From an uncultured bacterium (GTDB lineage Bacteria > Eisenbacteria > RBG-16-71-46): 64,000 bases of DNA. This document shows, piece after piece, positions 42,036 through 51,397 of this stretch. The position numbers were made by a program, and so were the translations under genes. The notes beneath the pieces are model-generated. The model did not search any database, was not told the origin of the DNA, and was given only the letters and a program-made list of their open reading frames with translations. The stretch is taken from contig CAZIVR010000002.1 of the NCBI GenBank assembly GCA_964542745.1, positions 27,300 to 91,299 on the forward strand, in the 5' to 3' direction. The first letter of the stretch is position 1; each line of letters opens with the position of its first letter.

Positions 42036-42827
42036 ATGAAGCGTTGGACGACCCCGCTGCTGTTCCTGTCACTGCTCGCGGCCGCGCTGCTCGCGCCCAC
42101 CGGCGCCCTGTCGCAGCACGCCCCGCCCGGCATCAACCCCACGCACTACTGGACGTACAAGCTGCTGGATCCGGTCCAGGGGCCGCGTCCGGTGTTCGCG
42201 GCCGATCAGTTCTGGCCCAACGGGCTCTCGATCTCGGTGGACCGGCTCGACCGGCTGGTGAACTGGGTCCACAAGAACAATTCCCCGGTGATCCCGGACA
42301 CGCTCCTCCACTACACGTGGTGGAACATCACGCAGAAGATTCCCACGCCGAGGGCCGTGCGGGTCAACAACCAGTTCGGCGGCTACGACGTGAACGTCCA
42401 GAACCTCGAGTTCATGCTGGTCCCGGCCTGGAAGAACCAGCCCCAGCCGGTCTTCCCGAACGCCAACCACTACCTGTGCTACCGCGCGTTCGGGTTCCCG
42501 CCGCCGCCGTTCGTGGTGAATCTCCTGGACGAGTGGCGTAACGACGTCCAGCAGCCGTTCGAGATGGAATACCTCTGCAACCCCTGCCTGAAGCAGCACG
42601 CCGGGCGGACGTATCCGATCGTGGACGACAAGACGCACTTCGCGCTGTTCCGGATCGCGCCCGCATCGGACCCCTTCTACCCGTTCGTGATGGACCAGTT
42701 CTTCGCCGGCAACGTGCTCGTGCGGCAGTCGCCCTACGAGTACCTGCTGGTGCCGTCGGAGAAGCTGGAGCCGCCGACCGGGACGCGCCCGGGCAGCTGG
42801 GGACGGATCAAGACGCTGTACCGCTGA
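42036..42827 (+). CDS. Hypothetical secreted protein ending in SWGRIKTLYR
   Basis: Signal peptide MKRWTTPLLFLSLLAAALLAPTGALS. GGAGGTGA 4 nt upstream. The C-terminal tag matches the CDS at 24904-25620. Confidence 0.55.
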   Translation: MKRWTTPLLFLSLLAAALLAPTGALSQHAPPGINPTHYWTYKLLDPVQGPRPVFAADQFWPNGLSISVDRLDRLVNWVHKNNSPVIPDTLLHYTWWNITQKIPTPRAVRVNNQFGGYDVNVQNLEFMLVPAWKNQPQPVFPNANHYLCYRAFGFPPPPFVVNLLDEWRNDVQQPFEMEYLCNPCLKQHAGRTYPIVDDKTHFALFRIAPASDPFYPFVMDQFFAGNVLVRQSPYEYLLVPSEKLEPPTGTRPGSWGRIKTLYR

Positions 42828-42841
42828 TCGCCCGAAGCGAC

Positions 42842-42872
42842 GCGCCGGCCGTCCCCTCGCGGGGCGGCCGGC
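42842..42872. terminator. GC-rich inverted repeat between convergent genes (putative bidirectional terminator hairpin)
   Basis: cgcgccggccgtcccc-tcgc-ggggcggccggcg is a near-perfect stem of ~13 bp. No U-tract follows. Confidence 0.3.
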
Positions 42873-42879
42873 GTTCGCG

Positions 42880-44100
42880 TCAGCCCAGCTCGACGCGGAT
42901 GCTGGACACGATCTTCGAGAGCGCGCGCTCCACCACCGCGGTGTCGGGGTGGCGCACCACCACGTAGCCGTCGCCCTCGTACGTGCCGGTCGGGGGCTGC
43001 CCCTCGCGCGGGAGCTTGACCTCGACGGTGATCGGCCCCAGTTCGGGCGCCACCTTCTCGATGCCGAAGATCCCGCGCACTCGGCCGCTGCCCTGCCCGC
43101 GCAGGAAGGCGATCCCCACCGCCCAGCGCCGCGGCGGCGGGTCGAATTCGCCGAACACCATGAGCCGGGCCCACGCGTGGTAGAGGTTCACGTCGTGGGC
43201 GTAGGAGATGAGCGTGGTGAACTGCGCGCCGGGCGGGCGCGCGGCCACCTCGGAGATGGCGATCGAACCGTCGCGGCGGCGGAACCATTCCATGTGGGAG
43301 AGCCCGGTCTCCATCCCGAGCGCCGCGAGCGCGCGGAAGCCGGCGTCGCGGATCGGGTCGAACTCGGGGCCGCCGATCTCGCGGGGCAGCAGCACGCACC
43401 ACTGGATCCACGGGTTCTCCAGCACCTCGAGCGGCGTGGGGAAGTAGCGGCTGATCGAGTGCCACACCGGGCGCCCGCCGATGCACACGCTGTCGAAGGA
43501 GTGCTCGTCGCCCCGCACGAACTCCTCGAGCAGCGCGGGTCGCTCCGGAGACGGAGGCACGGCCCGCAGCACCTCCTCGAGCCTCCCCGCGTCGTCCACC
43601 CGGAAGGTGTTGCGCGCCCCGGCGCCCGCCGGGGGCTTCACCACCAGCGGAAACCCGCACTCCGCCGCGAAGGCGCGCGCCTCGTCCGGGGAGCCGGCGA
43701 GCCGGTGGCGGGCGCACGGCAGCCCGGCCGCCGCCAGCACCGTCTTCATGCGCGACTTGTCGCGGAAGTTGTGGGCGGCCTCGACGCTCATGCCGGGCAC
43801 CGCGAGGGCGGCGCGCGCCTCGGCGAGCGGCACCTGCAGCTCCTCGAGCGTGCCGACCATGCGGTCCGGGGGGCCGATCCGCTCGGCCAGGCCCTTCGCG
43901 GCCCACACCAGCTGCCCGGGGTCGAGGCAGTCGGTCACGCGCCAGTGGGCGGCGAGCCGCGCGCGGAGGCCGTCGGGCAGCTTCTCGGCGGGATCGCTGC
44001 TCACCAGCGCGAAGCGCACGCCGGGGAGCCGGGCGGCTCCCTCGACGAAGCGCAGCGTGGTCTCGAGGAAGTAGGGCGCGACGAAGATGACGTTGGGCAT
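42880..44100 (-). CDS. ATP-grasp domain ligase (paralog 2 of 3)
   Basis: 406 aa from ATG 44100. N-terminus MPNVIFVAPYFLETTLRF. ATP-grasp core GFPLVVKPPAGAGARNTFRV...EEFVRGDEHSFD. Confidence 0.7.
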   Translation of the reverse strand: MPNVIFVAPYFLETTLRFVEGAARLPGVRFALVSSDPAEKLPDGLRARLAAHWRVTDCLDPGQLVWAAKGLAERIGPPDRMVGTLEELQVPLAEARAALAVPGMSVEAAHNFRDKSRMKTVLAAAGLPCARHRLAGSPDEARAFAAECGFPLVVKPPAGAGARNTFRVDDAGRLEEVLRAVPPSPERPALLEEFVRGDEHSFDSVCIGGRPVWHSISRYFPTPLEVLENPWIQWCVLLPREIGGPEFDPIRDAGFRALAALGMETGLSHMEWFRRRDGSIAISEVAARPPGAQFTTLISYAHDVNLYHAWARLMVFGEFDPPPRRWAVGIAFLRGQGSGRVRGIFGIEKVAPELGPITVEVKLPREGQPPTGTYEGDGYVVVRHPDTAVVERALSKIVSSIRVELG

Positions 44101-44207
44101 GAAGGTCCGGTAGTCTATCCACCCTTTCCGCGGCATGGCAATGCCGCGAGCTCCCGCGCGCACCCGCCGCGGCGCGCACCGCTCCCACCCCCACCGCGAC
44201 CCCGCCC

Positions 44208-45689
44208 ATGACCGGCCCGAATCCACTGCGCATCGCCTTCGTCACGTCGGAACTGGCGCCCTTCGCCAAGACCGGCGGACTCGCCGACGTGTCGGCGGCG
44301 CTGCCGCGCGAGCTGCACCGGCTCGGCCACGACGTGCGCGTGTTCCTGCCCCTCTACCCGCGGGTGCGCGACGCCGCGACCGACCTGCGGGCCGAGGAGG
44401 GGCTGCGCGACCTCCCGATGTCGCTCGGGCCCGCCCACTACCGTTACGGCATCTCCTCGGCGACGCTGCCGGGCTCCGACCTGCGCGTGTTCCTCGTGGA
44501 GTGCCCGGAGTTGTTCGGCCGCCCCTCGATCTACACCAACGACGCGGACGAGCCGCTGCGCTTCCTGCTGCTCCAGCGCGCCGCCATCGAGACCTGCCAG
44601 CGCATGGGCTGGGGCCCGGACGTGTTCCACGCCAACGACTGGCAGGCCGCGCTGGTGCCGCTGCTGCTCCGGACCCGCTACGGCTGGGACCGGCTGTTCG
44701 CCGGGTCGCGCACGCTGCTCAGCATCCACAACCTCGGCTACCAGGGCACGTTCGCCGCCGACCTGCTCCAGTACCTCGACCTCGGCGGCTCGGCGGGGCT
44801 GCTGCACCAGGAAGACCTGCGCGACGGGCGCATCGGGTTCCTCAAGCACGGCATCCTGTACGCCGACCTGCTGGGCACCGTGAGTCCCACGTACGCGGGC
44901 GAGATCCAGACCGAGGCGTACGGATTCGGGCTGCACGACCTGCTGCGCTCGCGCGCCGCGAACCTGGTCGGCATCCTGAACGGCGTGGACTACGCCGAGT
45001 GGTCGCCGCACAACGACCGCTTCCTGCCCCAGCGCTACTCGGAGCGGAGCCTCTACCGCAAGGAGAAGAACAAGGTCGCGCTGCACGAGACGCTCGGGCT
45101 CGAGTACGACCGCGAGGCCCCGACCGCCGGCATCGTGTCGCGGCTCTCCCACCAGAAGGGCTTCGACCTGCTGTTCGACGTGGCGCCGGCGATCCTCGAG
45201 GGCTCCGGCCTGAGGCTCGCCGTGCTCGGCAGCGGCGAGCCGCGCTACGAGGAGTTCTTCACCGGGCTGCAGCGCCGCTTCCCCGGGCGCGTGTGCTTCT
45301 GGCGCGGCTTCAACGAGGAACTGGCCCACCGCATCGAGGGCGGCTGCGACTGCTTCCTGATGCCGTCGCGCTACGAGCCGTGCGGGCTCAACCAGATGTA
45401 CTCGCTGCGCTACGGCACGGCCCCGATCGTGCGCCGCACCGGCGGGCTCGCCGACACCGTGAGCCAGTGGAACCCGGCCACCGGCGAGGGCACGGGCTTC
45501 CTGTTCGACCACTTCACCGCGGAGGGGCTGCGCTGGGCCCTGTCGTTCGCGATCGAGAGCTGGCGCGACCGGAAGGGCTGGCAGACCCTGATAAAGAACG
45601 GCATGAGCATGGACTTCTCGTGGGAGCACCAGGCGCGCGAGTACGTCGCGGCGTACGGACGGCTCGTCGGACGGGAGGTGACGGCGTGA
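44208..45689 (+). CDS. glgA: Glycogen synthase (ADP-glucose type, GT5)
   Basis: N-terminal VTSELAPFAKTGGLADV motif and a 493-aa GT-B architecture. Confidence 0.85.
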   Translation: MTGPNPLRIAFVTSELAPFAKTGGLADVSAALPRELHRLGHDVRVFLPLYPRVRDAATDLRAEEGLRDLPMSLGPAHYRYGISSATLPGSDLRVFLVECPELFGRPSIYTNDADEPLRFLLLQRAAIETCQRMGWGPDVFHANDWQAALVPLLLRTRYGWDRLFAGSRTLLSIHNLGYQGTFAADLLQYLDLGGSAGLLHQEDLRDGRIGFLKHGILYADLLGTVSPTYAGEIQTEAYGFGLHDLLRSRAANLVGILNGVDYAEWSPHNDRFLPQRYSERSLYRKEKNKVALHETLGLEYDREAPTAGIVSRLSHQKGFDLLFDVAPAILEGSGLRLAVLGSGEPRYEEFFTGLQRRFPGRVCFWRGFNEELAHRIEGGCDCFLMPSRYEPCGLNQMYSLRYGTAPIVRRTGGLADTVSQWNPATGEGTGFLFDHFTAEGLRWALSFAIESWRDRKGWQTLIKNGMSMDFSWEHQAREYVAAYGRLVGREVTA

Positions 45690-46909
45690 ACGTGATCCTG
45701 ATCGAACCCTGCTTCCCGGCCAACCAGCGCGAGTTCGCGCGCGCGCTCCACGCCGCCGGGGCGACCGTGATCGGCATCGGCGAACGGCCGAAGGAGTCGC
45801 TCGACGACGACCTGCGCCGGTGGCTCTCCCACTACGAGCCGATCCGGTCGGTGGTGGACGAGGACGCGCTGATGTCCGCCGTGAAGTGGGTGCAGTCGAA
45901 GGTGTGGGTGGACCGGCTCGAGGCCACCGTCGAGGCGCACATCATGGCCGCGGCCCGCGTCCGCGAAGCCTGCGGCATCCCCGGCACCTCGACCCGGACC
46001 GCGTGGCTGTGCCGGGACAAGCCCTCCATGAAGGAGGCGCTGCGCGAGGGGGGGATTCCCTGCGCCCAGTCCACCGGCGCCGCCAGCGCCGACGACGTGC
46101 GCGCGTTCGCGAAGCGGGTCGGCTACCCGGTGATCCTCAAGCCCCGCGACGCCGCGGGGGCCACGGGCACCCACCGTGCCGCCAACGACGACGAGCTGGA
46201 GCGCGCGATCGCCGCGACCCGCGCGGACCGTGGCGCTTCGGTCGCGGTCGAGGAGTTCATCGAGGGGCACGAGGGCTTCTACGACACGATCGCGATCGAC
46301 GGCCGCGTCGCGGTGGACTTCGCCACCCACTACTACCCGAACGTGCTCGAGGCGATGCGCACGCGCTGGATCTCGCCGCAGTTCATCACCACCAACCGCC
46401 TCGACCGCGAACCGAGCTACCGCGAGGTCAAGGAGATGGGGGCGAAAGTTCTGCCTCTCCTCGGCATCGGGACCTCGGCCACCCACATGGAGTGGTTCTT
46501 CGGGCCCAAGGGCCTCAAGTTCTCGGAGATCGGCTGCCGTCCGCCCGGCGTGCGCGCGTGGGACCTCTACGGCGCGGCCAACGAGATGGACCTCTACCAC
46601 GAGTGGGCCAACGCGATCGTGCACGGCCGGGTGATGCGCCCGCCGTCGCGGCGCTACTCGGCGGGCATCGTCGCGCTGCGGCCCGACCGCGACGGGCACA
46701 TCGCCGGCTACGAGGGCGTGGACGCGGTACGCGCCCGCTACGGCGAGTGGATCCTCGACATGCACCTGCCGCCGCCCGGGACGCCCACCCAGGGCGTCGA
46801 GGCCGGCTACATGGCGAACGCCTGGCTGCGCATGCGCCACCCCGACTACGACCAGCTGCGCGGCATGCTCGACTTCGTGGGCGAGACCCTCAAGGTGCGC
46901 GCCACGTGA
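45686..46909 (+). CDS. ATP-grasp domain ligase (paralog 3 of 3)
   Basis: The GTG overlaps the glgA stop (GTGA), with GGGAGGTG 5 nt upstream. N-terminus VNVILIEPCFPANQREF. Core GYPVILKPRDAAGATGTHRA...EEFIEGHEGFYD. Confidence 0.7.
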   Translation: MNVILIEPCFPANQREFARALHAAGATVIGIGERPKESLDDDLRRWLSHYEPIRSVVDEDALMSAVKWVQSKVWVDRLEATVEAHIMAAARVREACGIPGTSTRTAWLCRDKPSMKEALREGGIPCAQSTGAASADDVRAFAKRVGYPVILKPRDAAGATGTHRAANDDELERAIAATRADRGASVAVEEFIEGHEGFYDTIAIDGRVAVDFATHYYPNVLEAMRTRWISPQFITTNRLDREPSYREVKEMGAKVLPLLGIGTSATHMEWFFGPKGLKFSEIGCRPPGVRAWDLYGAANEMDLYHEWANAIVHGRVMRPPSRRYSAGIVALRPDRDGHIAGYEGVDAVRARYGEWILDMHLPPPGTPTQGVEAGYMANAWLRMRHPDYDQLRGMLDFVGETLKVRAT

Positions 46910-47847
46910 GGGCGCCCGCGCGCGTCGTCGCGCTGCTCGGGCCCCAGCGGTTCGAGCCGACGCTGCGGCGGGTCATGGACTCGCTGGGCATGCAGGGCCG
47001 GATCGCCGCCATCACCGCGGGCTGGCAGGAGCGCGAGCGCGAGGACCAGGAGCTGCGCGACCACCTCGACGACCGCACCGTGAACCTCGAGCTGTACGCG
47101 CGCGCCGAGCGGGTCGCGGCGCAGGACCCGGAGCTGGCCGCCGCCCACCGCGAACGCCAGGAGCGCCTGAAGCGCCTGCAGCGCCTCTACCGCGTGCGCC
47201 TCGAACACGGGATGGCGGCGTGCGCCGCGCTCGCCCGCGAGGCCGCGGAGGACGCGGACGCGGGCGCCGAGCTGGAGGCCGCGCTCGCGTCGGTGCGCGC
47301 CCTCGACGAGGCGCACCTCGCGCGGATCCGCGAGATCCACGCGGCCTTCGAGGAGCGCTGGCGGCCGAACGAGCGCGACGCGGTGCGGCGCGAGCGCGCG
47401 GAGCTGGCGGCGCTCATGGACGAAAGCGCCGCCGTGGCGATCGCGGGCGGGCACGTGGCGGTGCTCCTCAACCGGCTCCGCCAGTTCGGGATCGCGGGGC
47501 TGCTCGGGGGGCGGGCGGTGTTCGCCTGGTCGGCGGGCGCGATGGCGATCTCGGAGCGCGTGGTGCTGTTCCACGACCTGCCGATGCACGGCGCCGGCTG
47601 GCCCGAGGTGCTCGACGAGGGGCTCGGCGTGGTGAAGGGCGTCGTGCCGCTGCCGCACGCGCACCGCCGGCTCAAGCTCGACGACGCGGCGCGCGTCTCG
47701 CTCATGGCGCGGCGCTTCGCGCCCGCGCTGTGCGCCGCCCTCGACGACGGCGCCTCGCTGGTGGTGCGTCCGGACGGCTGGAGCGCGGGGGAGGGCACCC
47801 GCCGGCTCACGCCCGAAGGCGCGGTGCGCCCGCTGGAGGCCGCGTGA
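46906..47847 (+). CDS. S51 family peptidase (peptidase E / cyanophycinase-like) with ~100-aa helical insertion
   Basis: The GTG overlaps the upstream stop (GTGA). Blocks align to PepE: IAGGHVAVLLNRLRQFG (GGGNTF region), FAWSAGAMAI (GWSAGA Ser nucleophile), VVPLPHAHRR (catalytic His). The insertion is a charged helical segment, RERQERLKRLQRLYRVRLEH...EERWRPNERDAVRRERAELAAL. Confidence 0.55.
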   Translation: MRAPARVVALLGPQRFEPTLRRVMDSLGMQGRIAAITAGWQEREREDQELRDHLDDRTVNLELYARAERVAAQDPELAAAHRERQERLKRLQRLYRVRLEHGMAACAALAREAAEDADAGAELEAALASVRALDEAHLARIREIHAAFEERWRPNERDAVRRERAELAALMDESAAVAIAGGHVAVLLNRLRQFGIAGLLGGRAVFAWSAGAMAISERVVLFHDLPMHGAGWPEVLDEGLGVVKGVVPLPHAHRRLKLDDAARVSLMARRFAPALCAALDDGASLVVRPDGWSAGEGTRRLTPEGAVRPLEAA

Positions 47848-47893
47848 GCGGAGCGTCGGCGCGCGCGGCCCTCGCGGCCGCCCGGGGGGAATC

Positions 47894-49057
47894 GTGAGCT
47901 TCGCACCCGCGCAGGCCGGGCCCCCGCCCGCGCTCCAGAGGCTGTTCTCCGGCGGGCCGGCCACGCGCGAACGCGTGGACCGCTTCCTCGGCGAGCACCG
48001 CTTCCCGCTCGTCGAGGGGACGCGCTGCACCTTCGTGTGGCGCGGCGAGGCCGACGGCGTGGCGCTCAAGCACTGGATCTTCGGGCTGCCGCAGATGCAG
48101 AACTTCCGCCGCGTCGAGGGCGCCGACCTCTGGTGGCTCGCGGTGGACCTGCCGCGCGGGTCGCGCATGGAGTACAAGCTCGAGGTGGTGTCCCGGGGCG
48201 AGGCGCGCTGGATCGAGGACCCGCTCAACCCGATGCGGGCGCGCGATCCGTTCGGCGCCAACTCGGTGGTCGCGGGCGAGGGCTACGCGGTGCCCGAGTG
48301 GGTGGAACCGAATCCGGAGACCCGCCCGGGCGCGCTCGAGGAGCTGCGCTTCCCGAGCCGGGCGCTGGGCCGCGACGCGCGCGTCACGCTCTACCTGCCG
48401 GCGCGCTTCCGGCGTTCGCGGCGCTACCCGCTGCTGGTCGTGCACGACGGCCGCGACTTCCTCGAGTACGCGGCCCTCAAGACCGTGCTCGACAACCTGA
48501 TCCACCGGCTCGAGGTGCCCGAGATGATCGTGGCGCTCTCGGACCCGGCGGACCGGCTGGTCGAGTACGCCAACCACCCGGGGCACGCCCGCTTCCTCGC
48601 CGAGGAACTGGTCCCGGCGCTCGCCGGCCGCCTGCCGCTGGTGGAGGAGCGGTGGGCGCGCGGCCTGATGGGCGCGAGCTTCGGCGCGGTCGCCGCCTTC
48701 TCGACGGCGGCGCGCTACCCGGACTTCTTCGGGCGGCTCCTGCTCCAGTCCGGATCGTTCGCCTTCACCGACATCGGCCAGGGGATGCGCGGGCCGGTGT
48801 TCGAGCCCGTGGTGGAGTTTGTCAACGCCTTCCGCGCCGAACCCCGGCGCGTCGCCGACCGGGTCTTCGTGAGCTGCGGCCAGTACGAGTCGCTCATCTA
48901 CGAGAACCGCTCGCTGGTGCCGGTGCTGCAATCGGCGGGCATGACCGTGCGCTACGTGGAGTCGCGCGACGGACACAACTGGGAGAACTGGCGCGACCGG
49001 CTGCGGGACGGGCTCACGTGGGCATACCCGGGACCCATGTGGATGGTGTATGAATAG
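47894..49057 (+). CDS. Putative esterase (PF00756-like alpha/beta hydrolase) with N-terminal E-set/CBM48-like domain
   Basis: GxSxG nucleophile (GASFGA). The N-terminal beta-sandwich-like block reads FVWRGEADGVALKHW...EYKLEVV. GTG 47894 follows GGGGGGA. Confidence 0.6.
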   Translation: MSFAPAQAGPPPALQRLFSGGPATRERVDRFLGEHRFPLVEGTRCTFVWRGEADGVALKHWIFGLPQMQNFRRVEGADLWWLAVDLPRGSRMEYKLEVVSRGEARWIEDPLNPMRARDPFGANSVVAGEGYAVPEWVEPNPETRPGALEELRFPSRALGRDARVTLYLPARFRRSRRYPLLVVHDGRDFLEYAALKTVLDNLIHRLEVPEMIVALSDPADRLVEYANHPGHARFLAEELVPALAGRLPLVEERWARGLMGASFGAVAAFSTAARYPDFFGRLLLQSGSFAFTDIGQGMRGPVFEPVVEFVNAFRAEPRRVADRVFVSCGQYESLIYENRSLVPVLQSAGMTVRYVESRDGHNWENWRDRLRDGLTWAYPGPMWMVYE

Positions 49058-49165
49058 CGGCTCGAATCCCGGTTGCGGGGCCCTCCCGGCCGGGTGCCGC
49101 TGAAGCTCCAACCTTTCCGCCGCGGGTCCGCACGGCCCCGGCGTGACGATTTCGCGAGGGAATCC

Positions 49166-50626
49166 ATGACGACCGTCACCCGCCGCATCGGCCTGTCGCT
49201 GGGCGCCGACCTGTGCTGGCCGATCTGTTACGAGGAGATGCTGCGCCGGCTCGACCTGCGCGTTCCGGTCGGGGGCGAGGAGGTGCGCTTCGAGGTGGAG
49301 CGCGTCACCATCGAGCCCTACGACCTGCGCCAGCCGTGCCGCTACGACGTGGTGCTGGACCGGCTCACCCACTGGTACGGGATGAGCCGCGAGTGGATCA
49401 AGAAGGCCGCGATCATGGACGGCGTCTACGTGTTCAACAACCCGTGGGCCATCCAGTCCATGGAGAAGCACTCGTCCTACTGCGCGATGATGCGGCTCGG
49501 CATGCCGGTGCCCGACACCTGGATGGTCCCGGCCAAGGCCTACGAGCCCAAGCCCGACCTCGAGGTGACGCTGCGCCGCTACGCGCGCCTGTTCGACCTC
49601 GGCGAGGTGGGGGCGAAGGTCGGCTACCCGCTCTACATGAAGCCCTACGACGGCGGCGGGTGGCAGGGCGTGAGCCGCATCGAGGACGAGGAGCGGCTGC
49701 GCGCCTCCTACGACCAGAGCGGCACCCACCTCATGCACCTGCAGCGCTCGATCGAGCCGTGGGACCGCTTCGTGCGGTGCGTCGCGCTCGGGCCGCAGGC
49801 CCGGGTCGTGCGCTACGACCCCGCCCAGCCGCTCCACGACCGCTACACCATGGACCGCGGCTTCGTGAGCGACGACGAACGCTCGCTGCTCGAGGACATG
49901 ACGCTCACCATCAACGCGTTCTTCGGCTGGGACTTCAACTCGTGCGAGGCCCTGCATCGCGACGGCGTGTGGCACCCGATCGACTTCGCCAACGCCTGCC
50001 CCGACTCGCAGGTCACGTCGCTCCACTACCACTTCCCGTGGCTGGTGATGGCGAACCTGCGCTGGTCGCTGTTCTGCGCCGCGACCAAGCGGCCGATGCG
50101 CCTCAACCAGGACTGGGCCCCGTTCGTCGCGGTGGCGGACACCGACCTGCCCTACCGCGAAAAGCTGCGCCGCTGGGCCGCGATCGCGCACGAGCGCTTC
50201 GAGACCGCGCGGTTCACCGAGTTCTGCGCCACGCACCTGCCGCACCTCGAGGAGGTGACGCGCGAGTTCTTCGCCACCGAGACCGCGAAGGACGCGGTGC
50301 GCCAGAAGGTCGCGGCGCTCTACCCGGCGCACGAGGTGGAGAGCTTCACCGAGCTGTTCTGGGCACGCATCCAGGACTGGCGGGAGCACGCGCCGCCCGA
50401 GCCGGTGGCGGTCCCGCCGCCCGCGGCCGCGGCGAAGCCGCCGGCGCGGGCGCCGAAGGCGCGCGCCGCCGCGACCCGGAGCGCGGCCCGGAAGCCCGCG
50501 AAGCCCGCCGCCGACACCGACGCGGCGGTGGGCGAGAGCGTGTCCAAGGCCGCGGCCCGGGCCGCGCGGACGCTGGCGCACGCCGCCGAGGGCGCGAAGG
50601 GCGCGCGCGGAGGCAAGCGCGCGTGA
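49166..50626 (+). CDS. ATP-grasp-like (RimK/GshB-like) protein with C-terminal Lys/Ala/Pro-rich tail
   Basis: GYPLYMKPYDGGGWQGVSRIEDEERL resembles the RimK/glutathione-synthetase ATP-grasp core. The C-terminal ~70 aa read PPPAAAAKPPARAPKARAAATRSAARKPAKPAADTDAA...GAKGARGGKRA. ATG 49166 with GAGGGA 4 nt upstream. Confidence 0.5.
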   Translation: MTTVTRRIGLSLGADLCWPICYEEMLRRLDLRVPVGGEEVRFEVERVTIEPYDLRQPCRYDVVLDRLTHWYGMSREWIKKAAIMDGVYVFNNPWAIQSMEKHSSYCAMMRLGMPVPDTWMVPAKAYEPKPDLEVTLRRYARLFDLGEVGAKVGYPLYMKPYDGGGWQGVSRIEDEERLRASYDQSGTHLMHLQRSIEPWDRFVRCVALGPQARVVRYDPAQPLHDRYTMDRGFVSDDERSLLEDMTLTINAFFGWDFNSCEALHRDGVWHPIDFANACPDSQVTSLHYHFPWLVMANLRWSLFCAATKRPMRLNQDWAPFVAVADTDLPYREKLRRWAAIAHERFETARFTEFCATHLPHLEEVTREFFATETAKDAVRQKVAALYPAHEVESFTELFWARIQDWREHAPPEPVAVPPPAAAAKPPARAPKARAAATRSAARKPAKPAADTDAAVGESVSKAAARAARTLAHAAEGAKGARGGKRA

Positions 50627-51354
50627 AGCTCACCGACCGCTGGTACTCGAACCGGCTGCAGCGGGAGGTGAGCATCGCCCGCTGGGGGGACTTCGGCACC
50701 CCGGTGCTGATCTTTCCGACCGCCGGGGGCGACTGCGAGGAGATCGAGCGATTCCACGTGGTGGACGCGGTCGGCGACCTGATCGCGGACGGGCGCATCA
50801 AGGTGTACTCGTGCGACAGCGTGGCCGGCCGCGCGTGGCTCGAGCAGGAGGGCTCGGTGCGGCACCGCGCGCACGTCCAGAACCAGTTCCACCAGTTCGT
50901 CTATCACGAGCTGGTGCCCGGCATCCGCAACGACTGCCGCAGCGCCGACATCGGCATCATCGCCGCGGGCTCCTCGATCGGGGCGTTCAACGCGCTCGCG
51001 GCGCTGTGCCGCTTCCCCGACGTCTTCACCCACGCGCTGTGCCTGAGCGGGACCTACGACCTCAAGCGCTTCCTCAACGGCTCGATGCCCGAGGACTTCT
51101 ACTATTCCTCGCCGCTCCACTTCCTGCCCGGGCTCGAGGGTCCGGCGCTCGACGCGATCCGCCGCCGGTTCGTGCTGTTCGCCTCGGGCCAGGGGCGCGC
51201 CGAGGACATCGGCGAGTCGTGGCGCGCCGCCGACGTGCTGGGCAAGAAGGGCATTCCGAACCGGGTGGACGCGTGGGGCGCCGAGTGGCACCACGACTGG
51301 CCCACCTGGCGGCGCATGCTTCCGCAGTACCTCGGCGAGCTGACCGCGACCTAG
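50623..51354 (+). CDS. Esterase family alpha/beta hydrolase (PF00756-like), short form
   Basis: The GTG overlaps the upstream stop (GTGA), with GGAGG 9 nt upstream. Nucleophile elbow AAGSSIGAF. 243 aa. Confidence 0.55.
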   Translation: MKLTDRWYSNRLQREVSIARWGDFGTPVLIFPTAGGDCEEIERFHVVDAVGDLIADGRIKVYSCDSVAGRAWLEQEGSVRHRAHVQNQFHQFVYHELVPGIRNDCRSADIGIIAAGSSIGAFNALAALCRFPDVFTHALCLSGTYDLKRFLNGSMPEDFYYSSPLHFLPGLEGPALDAIRRRFVLFASGQGRAEDIGESWRAADVLGKKGIPNRVDAWGAEWHHDWPTWRRMLPQYLGELTAT

Positions 51355-51397
51355 GGGCCGGCGCGCTCCGGGCGCGCCCGCCTGCACGGAAACTCCC

